Shown one piece after another: positions 47,147 to 58,229 of a stretch of 64,000 nt of DNA. A program made the translations under genes and the position numbers. How positions within the stretch are numbered: position 1 is the first letter of the stretch; each line of letters begins with the position of its first letter. A model generated the notes under the pieces. That model was not told the DNA's origin and did not search any database. It worked only from the letters and a program-made list of their open reading frames with translations. Origin of the DNA: Eukaryota sp. TZLM1-RC. Lineage: Eukaryota; Protista; Metamonada: BaSk clade. The stretch covers positions 3,266,550 through 3,330,549 of the forward strand of contig JAUPSS010000004.1 of NCBI GenBank assembly GCA_040285825.1, read 5' to 3'.

Positions 47147-50100
47147 ATGAAAACCACAGATAGTATAACAAGCAACATGCAACATGTACATCCAACGACA
47201 GTTCACTCCCTTGTTTCTGCTACAAAAACTTCCTCCGATCCCCTTCTCTTTGCCACATCCATTTTTGATGCATTACCATTATCTTTCTCCTTTCATCCAG
47301 AACTAATTGATGGGATTCCTCCCTTCCTCATCTACTGTTTGAAACAATATCCCGATCTCGCTGTCCCTCGTTGCATTTACCTTGCAGAGTTTCACCACAA
47401 TATACTGTTCCATATAGAGAAACAACTAATCGCATCCACTCTTTCACATACACCTGCCCTTCTCTCTCTACTCTTCTCCCTCCCTCTCCAGTCTAACCTT
47501 ACTAGGATTGTTATCTCAAGTACCCTTCCTCCTACAACCAAGCTTTACAGTATCCACGCACTAACAGAGTCTCATAACGCTTTAAATATGGACTTTGCTG
47601 ATGTTTTATCTCTTTGTTTAGACTTGGTCTTATGTGGTCAATCATTTTCTGAATATCAGGAACATGTAACTTTATTTTTGACAAATTTATTTGAAAAATT
47701 AGCTGCACAAGGTTCTAAACTTTTGGTTGTTTTATTCATTTTTTGGACAGTTACTGACAAATCAACAATCAAAATTGATTGGAAAAATGTCATTCGTAGT
47801 GATTGTGATCAATTTTTTGATTGTATTGGTGGTGATGATAGTGATGTTTCAAATTTTTCTCTCAAACGTTGTGTTTTAAAAGAGCTCATCATTGGCTCAA
47901 GTTCTGATGCGTCCCAAATTTTCAGTTCTACATTGTTTAATAACAATGAAAAATTAATTTTATTTTGCTTGCTCTGTACTCACCACAAACATTCCCTCGA
48001 ATCAATTACTTTTTTGACTAGACTTTTTCTTTCAAATGTCAATTTGAATGTAAATGAATTAAACCAGAAATTAGTTGTTTGTCTTTATATTATATTTTTG
48101 AATTCAGGGAATTGCAATTTAATTCAAAATTGTTTTAATTTGCACGAATTGATACAAACTGCTGATTCTGCCAGGTCGATTGTGGGTTTGTTTCAATTTT
48201 TCAAGAACGAGCCTTTCATGATCCCTTTTCTGTGTGAATTTTTTGGCAAAATATCTTGTAATTATCCAACTGTTATACCTTCTAATCAAGTAATCGTGCC
48301 AAATGTCAAATATTTCAGTCATGAGCTCCTCTTGACTGTCATCAATAACGCACTTCGAAGACCTGTCTTGGCAAAGTATTCAGCAAAAGCAGTGGATCAG
48401 TTTCTATCAAATTTTGATTGTTGCCATTCTCTAGATCAAGTTTTAGTAATTAAATCAATTCAATTAATCAAAACCCTTATATTGGAAGAGTATTTAGAAA
48501 TTAGATCAGCCTGGGGAGTGATCAAGAACATCTTAGAAAAGTTGAATATTTCAACAGAGTTTTATGACAATAATCGAAATTTTTGTGAGCTTTTCGCTGA
48601 CGAGTTTGCTGACACGTGTGAGCTCATTGCGCCTTATTCTGCTGACTGTCTCGATTTTATTTGGAAAATTTTACTATGTCAGGAGTGTATCGCTCAAAAT
48701 TTCGACTCTGTTTTTAAAAGAGCTCTTGCTGATTCTTTTTCCCTTGTTTCAGCACAAATTCGAAATATTTACTTTGGTGACGACCCAGATGCTGTTTCAA
48801 GTGATGTCACAATCTCCAAATATTTGGAATTGATCCCTATTAGTCATCTCTTCTTGTCTAGTCAGATAGAGTTTGAATTTCAATATTTTCCACGCAAGTT
48901 ATTCGCTAAAACAGTTGCTGAAAGCTTACATCTCCCTGGGTGGTTTAAAAATTTCATAAAATCAATAAATTTTGATCTGATCTCTTCTAGTCACGCAGGT
49001 TTTGTGACAAGTTCAGCTCTGTTGATTCCAGAACTTCTAGAACTTGGTTTAAGTGAAGATTATTTAATACAGACACTTGTCAAATTTCCCAAATTTTCAC
49101 AGACTGATGACATCTATCCTTATTTTTGTTGTTTTCTGTTTAGTTTCAGACACACGGTCAATCATTTTCCTGAAGATATCGTCATCAAAGCTCAAAAACG
49201 TTCTGATTTTGACCGTTCACCTTTTTATCCTTACTTAACTCATCAAGGAAATGATTTTTTGCCTGAAACTTTTCAATTATTGCATACAGCAAATCTTGAT
49301 CATTTTCTTAATCAATTGTTAGTCAAGGTTTCGTCAAATTTTGACCAAAATTTAGAGCAAAAACTGTCTCTTGTTCTTGGTTTCGAATTATTAAATAATT
49401 TGAAAGAATCAGCCTTGAATACTCAAACGAAAATTCTTGACTTATTTTTGGTTGAAATTTTCAACATCAGTTTGTTTTGTGACAGTGTTTCAGATGTGAG
49501 ATCTTCTCCTATCGATGTGAGCTCTTCTTGTCAATCAAGTCTGATTGATTTATTTCTGATGGGACGGCTCCTATCATCATCTGGGTTTTTGCTTTGTGCC
49601 AATGATGGGGAGTTACTTGACAAGTTAACACAGTATTTATTGGAATTCCCTATATACCTTGCTCATTTTCCACTGGTAATTTGTACAATTTTCAGTAAAT
49701 TTCTGCATCAAACCATGAATTCAGCAGAAGTCGTTACTTTTTTCATTAATGTTGTTCACGGCAATGGTGGCGGTGTTGAAATCTCACCATTGGTTTTTCT
49801 TTCCCTTTCTCTTTTTATTTCTAATTTTGAAATTTTATTTCCTCATGATTTAGACTCTCAAATACCATCTTTTTTATTTAACCAATTAGAAAAGAATTTA
49901 GAGCAAAATAATTCTTTAAATTGTTATTTCATTGTTTGTGCACTATTAATTTTAATTGGTATTGCTCCATTGAGTCTTGGATCTCGATTACTTTGTCAAA
50001 ATTCTTTATTTCCGGCAGAGTTTATTTTAAAAAGATTAGGGAATTTTTATTTCAAGAACATTAATTCTGAGGTTTTTAGTTCAGTATCTTTTGAATTAGG

Positions 50101-51208
50101 AAACGCTTTTTCAATCTATTTTACCAGATGTCAGGGAAATCTTTTGACTTCTCTTCCACATAACTCAACATTTTACTTGACTGTTTCTAAATTTAGTAAC
50201 AGGAGAAATGAAATAATTTCTATCTTGAATGTAGTTTTAAATATGGAAAAACTTCCAATTATTTGTTGGTCTACGATTATTGAAAATATTTCTTCAAAAT
50301 TATTACTTTTTGACAAATCTTCAGATACTCAGTGTTTAATATTAAAGGTTTGTTCGAAAATTCTTGAAATCAAGAGTTGTTGCGACCTCAGAGCATTTTC
50401 TCAGTTTGTATCTAGTTTTATTTTGAGCAGGATGAGTTTTTGCTCAAGTTTTAATGTCGAATTAATATTAAATTTGCATGTTTTAATCATTTTTTGTGAT
50501 ATTCGTTCGTTAAAACATGTTTTACGTGGAATTAGAGCCGATGTTATTGATCTCGAGGAGCTTTGTAATCTTTTTTCCAGGCTGAAAGAGATCAAGGCTT
50601 CAAATGATACAAAATTTGACATGGTCAAGAAGTCTCTATCTGTTTTATTAATTGAATTAATTTGGTTTAATTTTTCCCCTACAACTCCTTTTTCCACCAC
50701 GATATTGTTATATAAAGAATTGTTTCCTGAATTAACCAAAAAAAGCTTTCATTTACCAAGTCTTGGATCGTTGTTGTCTTGGTCAAGTAGCTTTGCGGTA
50801 TTCTCAAATTCCGAAATACCGAAATTTTTAAATTCAATCTTACAATTTAATCCATGTTATTTCTGCAATCAAAGAGACTGTGGTTGTGAAAATTTCGAGA
50901 AATTGATTAAAATTTGTATATGGATAACAAGTAGTGTGGATGATCAATGGATTGAAAAACTGTTGGTAAATTTGTTTGAATTTTCATTATTTTACAAAAA
51001 ATTTATCGTTAGAAGAATTAATCACTTTTATTTGTTGATTAAGTCTATTGTGGAAATATATTTGAATATTGATGACGTTACTGAATCAATAATAGTAACC
51101 TTTTGTAAACAGAATTTAAGTAATTCTAAAATCAAATCTGTTATTGAGTTGACCTCTGAATCAACCAGTCCATTATCAAGTTTGGCAGTAAAAATTCTAA
51201 CAAATTAA
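47147..51208 (+). CDS. Large helical-repeat protein, possibly focadhesin/RST1-like
   Basis: 1.35k-aa ORF; LEIRSAWGVI and LPIICWSTII resemble two conserved focadhesin/RST1 motifs as I recall them. Start uncertain. Confidence 0.45.
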   Translation: MKTTDSITSNMQHVHPTTVHSLVSATKTSSDPLLFATSIFDALPLSFSFHPELIDGIPPFLIYCLKQYPDLAVPRCIYLAEFHHNILFHIEKQLIASTLSHTPALLSLLFSLPLQSNLTRIVISSTLPPTTKLYSIHALTESHNALNMDFADVLSLCLDLVLCGQSFSEYQEHVTLFLTNLFEKLAAQGSKLLVVLFIFWTVTDKSTIKIDWKNVIRSDCDQFFDCIGGDDSDVSNFSLKRCVLKELIIGSSSDASQIFSSTLFNNNEKLILFCLLCTHHKHSLESITFLTRLFLSNVNLNVNELNQKLVVCLYIIFLNSGNCNLIQNCFNLHELIQTADSARSIVGLFQFFKNEPFMIPFLCEFFGKISCNYPTVIPSNQVIVPNVKYFSHELLLTVINNALRRPVLAKYSAKAVDQFLSNFDCCHSLDQVLVIKSIQLIKTLILEEYLEIRSAWGVIKNILEKLNISTEFYDNNRNFCELFADEFADTCELIAPYSADCLDFIWKILLCQECIAQNFDSVFKRALADSFSLVSAQIRNIYFGDDPDAVSSDVTISKYLELIPISHLFLSSQIEFEFQYFPRKLFAKTVAESLHLPGWFKNFIKSINFDLISSSHAGFVTSSALLIPELLELGLSEDYLIQTLVKFPKFSQTDDIYPYFCCFLFSFRHTVNHFPEDIVIKAQKRSDFDRSPFYPYLTHQGNDFLPETFQLLHTANLDHFLNQLLVKVSSNFDQNLEQKLSLVLGFELLNNLKESALNTQTKILDLFLVEIFNISLFCDSVSDVRSSPIDVSSSCQSSLIDLFLMGRLLSSSGFLLCANDGELLDKLTQYLLEFPIYLAHFPLVICTIFSKFLHQTMNSAEVVTFFINVVHGNGGGVEISPLVFLSLSLFISNFEILFPHDLDSQIPSFLFNQLEKNLEQNNSLNCYFIVCALLILIGIAPLSLGSRLLCQNSLFPAEFILKRLGNFYFKNINSEVFSSVSFELGNAFSIYFTRCQGNLLTSLPHNSTFYLTVSKFSNRRNEIISILNVVLNMEKLPIICWSTIIENISSKLLLFDKSSDTQCLILKVCSKILEIKSCCDLRAFSQFVSSFILSRMSFCSSFNVELILNLHVLIIFCDIRSLKHVLRGIRADVIDLEELCNLFSRLKEIKASNDTKFDMVKKSLSVLLIELIWFNFSPTTPFSTTILLYKELFPELTKKSFHLPSLGSLLSWSSSFAVFSNSEIPKFLNSILQFNPCYFCNQRDCGCENFEKLIKICIWITSSVDDQWIEKLLVNLFEFSLFYKKFIVRRINHFYLLIKSIVEIYLNIDDVTESIIVTFCKQNLSNSKIKSVIELTSESTSPLSSLAVKILTN

Positions 51209-51308
51209 TCCTTTTTCACTTTTTTTGTTTTGAATTGAAAGTAGGTAACATTGTAAGAATTTGAGACCAAAAATAAAAAAAATAAAAAAAAACAATGATC
51301 CATAATAT

Positions 51309-54300
51309 TCAAATATTTATTGCTGTTCTGATTAATGGTGATATGTGTCCAATAAAATCATCTTTTTGTCTATGACCAAGACATTTAAGTATTAACTGAA
51401 TTACTTTCACAACACTTTCTTCATCAATTTGCTTTTCAAAAAGTGTATTCACCAATTCAGCAAAGTTGAAAATACAAAAATCTTTTAACGTTAACTGATG
51501 GAGAGAAGAAACCAAAAGAAATAGATTGGTCTCATCCAACAATTGTTTTGAAATGTCAATTATTTTTTGAATTAATTGCTCAGATGCCTTTTGTACTTCG
51601 TGATTGAATAATTTCCTCTTTTTTGGAGGTAAAAAACTGCCAACTGATGAAACTAAAGGTATTTGGCCAATTAAGTTGACTAAAACATTAGCAAAACCAT
51701 AGACAGTGTGATCTCCATTTGTAAATTCTTTCAAGATTTTGGTGAATAACGAAAAGTCTTCTGTGGTCAATGAATTTCTCAACATTTCCATAACTTTAGA
51801 TGAATCTTCTGAACCTTGGGGATCACTTTCTTGACGAGGTCGTTTGACTTCAGGAGACTTTGCAAAAGACCCTGTAAGTCCAGATGGTCTGTATTTGAGA
51901 TTTGATCTCACTGAGAGAGGAGAAGTGGCCGAAAATTTGTGGGCAGAGAGATGCTGAGCTGGTGAAACAGAAACTGGTTGACGATTTGATTGATGAATTG
52001 ATGGTTTTTCGTTTATTTTATTGAATAATTTATTAATTCCAGTGTTATTTGAACCTATTGGAGTTAAAAATTCTGATTTTTTGACAGGTCTCATTTTTGG
52101 AGTCATGATCCTTTTTGTCTCAATGAGCTCCTTTCTATCAGGTTCAAATTTTTGATAAAACGAGTTGAGCTCACGAAGAGAATCACCAAAATTCTTGCAA
52201 ATTTTCACATTTGACTTTAACCAATTAGGTAAATGGTTCAATAATCCTGAAAATCTCTTATCCATTAGAACTATAGCTCCATAATCAGATTTGTGGCGAA
52301 TAATTCTTCCTATTGCTTGATTGACGGCTCTCATAGCAGACTGTAGATACCAGTCTTGTCCAGTGAGCTTTTCTACGACATTGACACGTGTCAGTACCAA
52401 ATTTTGGGCTTTTTGTGCATCAGAGCGATCTTGATAATCTTGATCTAGAAATTTACGTTTCAGAATTACTCTCGGATCATTTAATTGAGGAAAAGGAATT
52501 CCTGGCACCATAACCAATCTTCCACTTCGATCTTTAAAATCCATTCCCTCTGATGCTCTTCCTCGACAGACCCCATATAACACTGCTCTTCGTTGGTTGT
52601 TAATAGAGTTGGAGAAGGAGGTGATGATTTGGTTGTAATCAACGGTGTTGACGTCATCAGAAGGTGATTGATTAATTGGTCGCTCAAAATACACATCAGC
52701 AAGTGACTGCATTCCTTTATTTATATCCTCATGGTCCCATTCTTTAACACATTGCTCCAAGTAGTTAAAAGAAGGGAAAAAAACAAGGGAACCGTCCCTA
52801 TTACTTTGCACGTAGTTGTAAATACTTGTGCCTAAATCAGAAATATATCCAGAATTACTTCTATTTTTGTAAGAAGAATCAAGTAGTTTTCCAGCAGGCC
52901 CGTTTTCAACAATTAAAAACAAAATTCTAGACTTGTCCACTATATGATTACCCTGAAACTCAACCAAAAAAGGAATTCCAAGTTCATATTTCAATGCAGG
53001 TAAAGGTGATAAAGTACCAGAAGCTAAAAGAATAGATTTTGGTTGAGCATTTAGTAGTAAACTTTTCATGACGACTGAACCGCTAAAACACCAATAGGAA
53101 AGTATCACATCATCTTTTTGATTGGCTGTATGATTATTGAGCGCTTTCCCTTTTGAAACAATAACCTTAAACCACTTCGACATTGATTGAGTAAAAGCAC
53201 CATAAACGATAGTCAACAAATTTTGTAAATTCAATAAAGCAATCGTTCCTTTCGAATTTCTGGAAACTGATTGGGTAAGGTAATTTGACAGAAGCCTTGA
53301 AATTACAGACTCCAATAAAACACCATTAAAGCTTAATTTGCCATAATTACTGAATAGTTTTTCAATAAAAGGACCTTCAAAATCTTTGAAAATATTAGAA
53401 GAATCTAATTCTTTGGCCAAGTTTAAAACAGAAGTAGCAAGAGCTTGACAAAAGCGCTTGAGAATGAGTAATTCTGAATTAAACTGAGCAAGTGTTCGCT
53501 GATGATCAGGAATTGATGATGTGTCAGCTGAATGATCAATCAAATTTGATTGGAGATTTGATTGAATTTGACTCAAAACTCCATCAATCTCAGAAACGGC
53601 AGCTATCAATCCTGAAGACGAAAGGTCAACAGACATCTCCTGACTCGCAGCGTCAGCAATATTATGAGCTTCGTCCAAAATTATAATGGAATTTTTCAAA
53701 TCAAATTTCAATTGATTTCGTGCTGATGACGATAACAGGTAATTATAAGGCATCAAAATAACATCAGCTTCCTTTGCTAGAGAACGAGAGGTTAAATATG
53801 GACAGAAATTACGTTCTTCACAAACTCTTGCAAAATCTTCAATATTGAGTGAATTAAACCTCAAATCTTTTGCCTCGTGTGCCGCAAATGGACAAGCTTT
53901 GAGATATCGATTACACATCGCACCCTGCGCTGATCCGGGTTTATTCCTGACATTATCATTAAGGCAGTAACGATCACGACCAGCGAGCATAGAAACAGTG
54001 GGATGGACCTTGAGAGGGAGCTTCTTGAGTTCAGCAGCGACTTGCTTGAGTTGGGAGTGGGTGCGGGAGGCATAAACTATTTTGATTGGAGTGTAATCTT
54101 GTTGGTTTTGGGAACGAAGTTTGTGGTTTTGGGTGTAGCTTAATGTACTGGCCAACAGACATGCAGTTTTACCACAACCAGTAGGAGATTCTAGGATAGC
54201 ATTGGTGGCGGTATCAAGAGCACGGTATACAGCTGCCATGAAGTCTAATTGAGTGGGATAAGGTGATTCATAGGGGAAAGCAGTTTCAAGACCACTTACA

Positions 54301-54362
54301 TAGATTGATCGGGTAGAAAATGTAGGAGTTGTCACAGTGCTGCCATTGGAGGAAGGGTGCAT
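51309..54362 (-). CDS. RTEL1: RTEL1-like XPD-family Fe-S DNA helicase
   Basis: LESPTGCGKT, YASRTHSQL, Fe-S cysteines, DEAH, SGTLSP, CRGRASEG, NQAIGRIIRH; C-terminal helical repeats resembling harmonin-like domains. Confidence 0.85.
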   Translation of the reverse strand: MHPSSNGSTVTTPTFSTRSIYVSGLETAFPYESPYPTQLDFMAAVYRALDTATNAILESPTGCGKTACLLASTLSYTQNHKLRSQNQQDYTPIKIVYASRTHSQLKQVAAELKKLPLKVHPTVSMLAGRDRYCLNDNVRNKPGSAQGAMCNRYLKACPFAAHEAKDLRFNSLNIEDFARVCEERNFCPYLTSRSLAKEADVILMPYNYLLSSSARNQLKFDLKNSIIILDEAHNIADAASQEMSVDLSSSGLIAAVSEIDGVLSQIQSNLQSNLIDHSADTSSIPDHQRTLAQFNSELLILKRFCQALATSVLNLAKELDSSNIFKDFEGPFIEKLFSNYGKLSFNGVLLESVISRLLSNYLTQSVSRNSKGTIALLNLQNLLTIVYGAFTQSMSKWFKVIVSKGKALNNHTANQKDDVILSYWCFSGSVVMKSLLLNAQPKSILLASGTLSPLPALKYELGIPFLVEFQGNHIVDKSRILFLIVENGPAGKLLDSSYKNRSNSGYISDLGTSIYNYVQSNRDGSLVFFPSFNYLEQCVKEWDHEDINKGMQSLADVYFERPINQSPSDDVNTVDYNQIITSFSNSINNQRRAVLYGVCRGRASEGMDFKDRSGRLVMVPGIPFPQLNDPRVILKRKFLDQDYQDRSDAQKAQNLVLTRVNVVEKLTGQDWYLQSAMRAVNQAIGRIIRHKSDYGAIVLMDKRFSGLLNHLPNWLKSNVKICKNFGDSLRELNSFYQKFEPDRKELIETKRIMTPKMRPVKKSEFLTPIGSNNTGINKLFNKINEKPSIHQSNRQPVSVSPAQHLSAHKFSATSPLSVRSNLKYRPSGLTGSFAKSPEVKRPRQESDPQGSEDSSKVMEMLRNSLTTEDFSLFTKILKEFTNGDHTVYGFANVLVNLIGQIPLVSSVGSFLPPKKRKLFNHEVQKASEQLIQKIIDISKQLLDETNLFLLVSSLHQLTLKDFCIFNFAELVNTLFEKQIDEESVVKVIQLILKCLGHRQKDDFIGHISPLIRTAINI

Positions 54363-54659
54363 TCCTATGATACGTTGATGTGTCTTTAATCCCTCAATGT
54401 GTTGTGTGACCTTTGTCTTGTGAGTGCAAAAAATACTGGATGGGCAAACCCAACTCTTAGTCTCTTTTCCAAAAAAAATTTTCCCATAAAACAGATTTGA
54501 TAAATAAAAATACTGATGTTAGTGTATCAGATTGTGCTTTCCTACAACAAAATTTTCGACTCAATACTTTGAAACAATTCTGTCATCTGTGTATTTTTAT
54601 GTTTAGAATAGATGCGGATATGAAGTAACAAGCGGAGTCTTATTGGGATAATAGCCCAC

Positions 54660-55700
54660 ATTTTGAAATCTTGTGATTCTTCTACAGCATGAGATTTGTG
54701 TCGTTCCTTTGATTCACTGAGAACGGAATTTTTTGCTGATTTATTAGATGTAGAACCAAGAATGTTGAAAGATGACTTATTTTCTCAAGCAAATTCGGCT
54801 TGGTACTGGATTTACTAAATTTTCTATTTTGTGTTAATCAGCTTTTTGGGTGAAAGCAAAGAATTTAATTTCTCAATTTTCTCATAGATTTCCTGTAGAT
54901 TCTCATCTGTTGGTTCCCAATTGCAGTCCATATTTGAATGCTTTATCTTGTGAACATGATAGATTGCCACCACAAATTAGGACCAACTGTTTTCCCCAAT
55001 CAATTGAAGAAATTCCAAACTGGTCTCTTTTTAATTTGTAGTTTTGCTGTAAAAATGTTCAACAAAAATTGTCAAAGATTTTTGAAAGCTTGGATTTTGA
55101 TAATAGACTTAGCTTGGCCATGAAACAAAATCCTGCTTTTGCAAATCTTTTACAAGATATGTGTGATAGTATTTCTTCAGCCTTAGTAACAACAATTCCT
55201 CAAGGTTATGGTATTCTCTTAATTGATATTACTTGGATTTTGAATATGAGATTTCGTTCCTTTATCTTGCCTGGTTATTTACCTCATAATTAAATTTGTA
55301 CATGTTCTCGAAAAATTACAATTACTCATTTGTTAAATTACCCACATTACATTACCTTCAGAAGAAAAGTTCACGATTCTTCAAGAGACCAATTATGTTG
55401 TATGTTTAAGTCTTATAGAATTAAATCCTTTTTCTAACTTCTGTTGTGGAATCTGTTTGATGCAGAAGATGATTTTCATAAGAATAATTGAGGTGATGTC
55501 ATATTACGTGGATTAGATGGAACCTTTATTTTACTGGATGTAATGTCTGTTGATCCATTTAATGCCTCAAACGAAAGGTTTGTTGATTCTGAAATTCATA
55601 ATCCTCTTTCAAATGCTGAAAATTTACAAATCACAAAATGCAATGAACGTTTGTCCAAATTGTCCAGTTTACATGCCAAATACAATTTGAATCTTGGATC
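54660..55700 (+). mobile_element. Heavily decayed RLE LINE fragment, family E
   Basis: Fragments homologous to families C/D (LDFDNRLSLAMKQNPAF, LNMRFRSF, MSVDP); many stops. Confidence 0.7.
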
Positions 55701-56127
55701 TCACTATAAGGGAGTTGCATCTAGTGCTCTTGTTTTGGAAGAAATGGATTATTTAAATGTTGATTTATAGGATGTTAATCAAAAAATATTCAAAAGAGCG
55801 TTGGAGGAATAAATAGTTGTACATAGATTGTCATGTTTCCTCGAAGTGTTTCTGAAACAATGTTCTTTAGCACAGACCGCCGCGAATTTGTAGAAGAAAC
55901 AAGGTCCTCAACAACCCTAATGACTTCTTGCTTTTGTTGAGGATTGTGGAGAAGACGTTCATCAAAATGCGTATTGATAAGGAGTCAATTGTACACTTCA
56001 GTCTGATTTGAAGCCAATGGCTTAATCAAAAAAGACAACTTTATTTTGGTCTGGTTATCAGTTATCGCAAAATTGCCAAAGTTTTTCTTAGACTTACTTT
56101 ATTTTTTATTTTGTTCCAAATTTGTGT

Positions 56128-56317
56128 TTGGTATTTTTTTAAGGCGTTTTCAAATTCAATTTGTCATTGTTAATAGATTACCTCGGTTTTTCAATCGAAT
56201 AAGAGAAGCTTTAGCTAGACAGCAAGCAGATCAAGATTTTGTAGAGAAAATCTTGGTTCAATGATATTCGTCCCATTAGTTATGAGTTAATTTCATTAAG
56301 TGTGCATGTTCAATAAA
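56128..56317 (+). mobile_element. Family B LINE 3' fragment
   Basis: NRLPRFFNRIREALARQQADQDF plus the shared 3' UTR. Confidence 0.8.
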
Positions 56318-56701
56318 TATATCTTTAATTGTGTTTTCAAAACAATGAATTAGAAAATCCGTTATCAAATAACGAAAACAACTGTCATCAAAGTAGTACT
56401 CAACAAGCACAGCAATCAGCATTATTCTTATTCACCTTCTTCAATCCAAAAACTTTGAAGACAAAATTTGTGAAATTCCAAATAGCAAATTTATCTCATT
56501 GATATAGACAATATCTGTTACAATGAACAAATTTTGGGGCTACAAATTTAACGCAACGACTTATGAATGCTGAACCTTTTCAAATGGCTCTCTTCTAACT
56601 TGTTGTGTTGTTTGGAGTGGTTTTTGTCTATAAGGTTAAGGTTAATTTATTAAATCCAAAAAAATGCAAAGTACAAAGTAACTGCAAAAGAATTAAAAGA
56701 T

Positions 56702-57797
56702 AAAGAAAAATATATTGATGACCCCAGCATCAATCCTTCTGAATTTCAAGATATGACCCTTGCTGCTGCTGATCCAGGAAAATCTGATCTACTCTATTTT
56801 TCTGCCAATTTAGCTACTTGAATGACTCATTCAAAAAAACTTGAGAGAGATAAATATGTTCATTTCAGGTACACTCAAAATCAACGAAGATTTGAGTCGA
56901 AAAGTTCCAAATTCAAAAGAATAAAAGACAGCATACGTAATGACACTCTTATCACAATAAGTGACTCCACTGGTAGAGTGATTGATCTATGCAATTATGA
57001 ACCATCTGAAGAACAACAACAAAGGATGGATTTAAACAGCAGTATAATTAATCAAATGAATGAAAGAACAATTAGTTTATTAAGAGGTGAAGTACCTCAA
57101 GAAATCAATATTCCCCACGAAATTGATTACTCATTCAATTTGAGAAATAATGATCACACGACTAAAGCTGTAGCAGAATGGGAGGCAACATTATCCCAAT
57201 TCAACTCCAAAAGCTGCAGGTTTGATAGATTTATGGAGTATATCAAACAAAAGAATTTTGTGAATAGTATTGTTGGTCAAGTCTATCATCAAAAAATATT
57301 TAGGAAACTAAGATGGTGGGCTGAGATTAATCGCACAAGATCCGAGGCAAAAATGATCCAAAGATTCAAATCAGTAATTGGTGATCCCAGCCAAGTAGTT
57401 ATTGGAATCGGAGACTGGGAACAACGAAAACACCTGAAATTCAAAGAACCTACTAAGGGAAAAGGTTTGAGAATTCTATTTAAAAAGGCTGGTTATAAAG
57501 TCTTTTTAATTGATGAGTTTCGAACCAGTTGCTGTTGTTTCAACTGTAAGAAAGCGGAGAAAACAGTTGAAACATTCCGATGGTGCAGAAATCCTAGGCC
57601 ATGGAAGAGACATGAGATGTCTATTTGTCACGGGCTTACCATGTGTAAATCATGCGAAAGTTTGTGGAATAGAGATCGAAATGCTTCGCTGAATATGTTG
57701 GCAGTGATGGAAGCACATGTAAATGGTGGAGATAGACCAAAATACCTGCAGAGAGTCAAGGTTGGCAGTGGTTCAAAGAAAACAAGTTCAAAGTGGT
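56702..57797 (+). mobile_element. Fanzor1-like nuclease, family 3; 5'-truncated, one in-frame stop
   Basis: In one frame: EKYID..AADPGKSDLLY (RuvC-I), TGA at 56819-56821, then FRYTQNQRR, FRKLRW, GIGDW, IDEFRTSCCCFNC, CKSC..WNRDRNASLN. Confidence 0.88.
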
Positions 57798-57838
57798 ATT
57801 TTTTTTAAAAACTGGAATATTTATTGAGATAAAAATAA
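57798..57838 (-). repeat. Family A 3' UTR/poly(A) remnant truncating Fanzor family 3
   Basis: TTTTTTTTAAAAACTGGAATATTTATTGAGATAAAAATAA matches the other family A tails. Confidence 0.8.
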
Positions 57839-57839
57839 A

Positions 57840-58226
57840 ATGGCTGCTCTGGATTTTAAAGCAAGAGAGAAACATAGAAAATATGATAAAGACATTGGAG
57901 AGGCAAATGTCGATAGAAATACACAGCTCGTTTTTATTGCTTTCCCATTTTCGATAAATGGAAGATTATCAGTTGAAGCAGAAACTTTTTTGGATGACTT
58001 CCAAAAAATGGTGAAAGAAAAAACAATGAAAAGATTTGATATTTTTTTATGGCGTTCACGGATTCAATTTGCCATTATTAATAGATTACCGCGGTTTTTC
58101 AATCGAATTAGAGAAGCTTTAGCTAGACAGCAAGCAAATCAAGATTTTGTAGAGGAAATCTTGGTTTAATGATAGTCGTCCCATTAGTTATGATTTAATT
58201 TAATCAAGTGTGCAAATTCAATAAAT
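57840..58226 (+). mobile_element. Family B LINE 3' fragment
   Basis: Near-identical to 14679-15060. Confidence 0.85.
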
Positions 58227-58229
58227 TTC

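Noticed and set aside
56819-56821. TGA readthrough or alternative genetic code
   Set aside because: Host genes here end in TAA, TAG and TGA; a nonsense mutation in a truncated copy is simpler.
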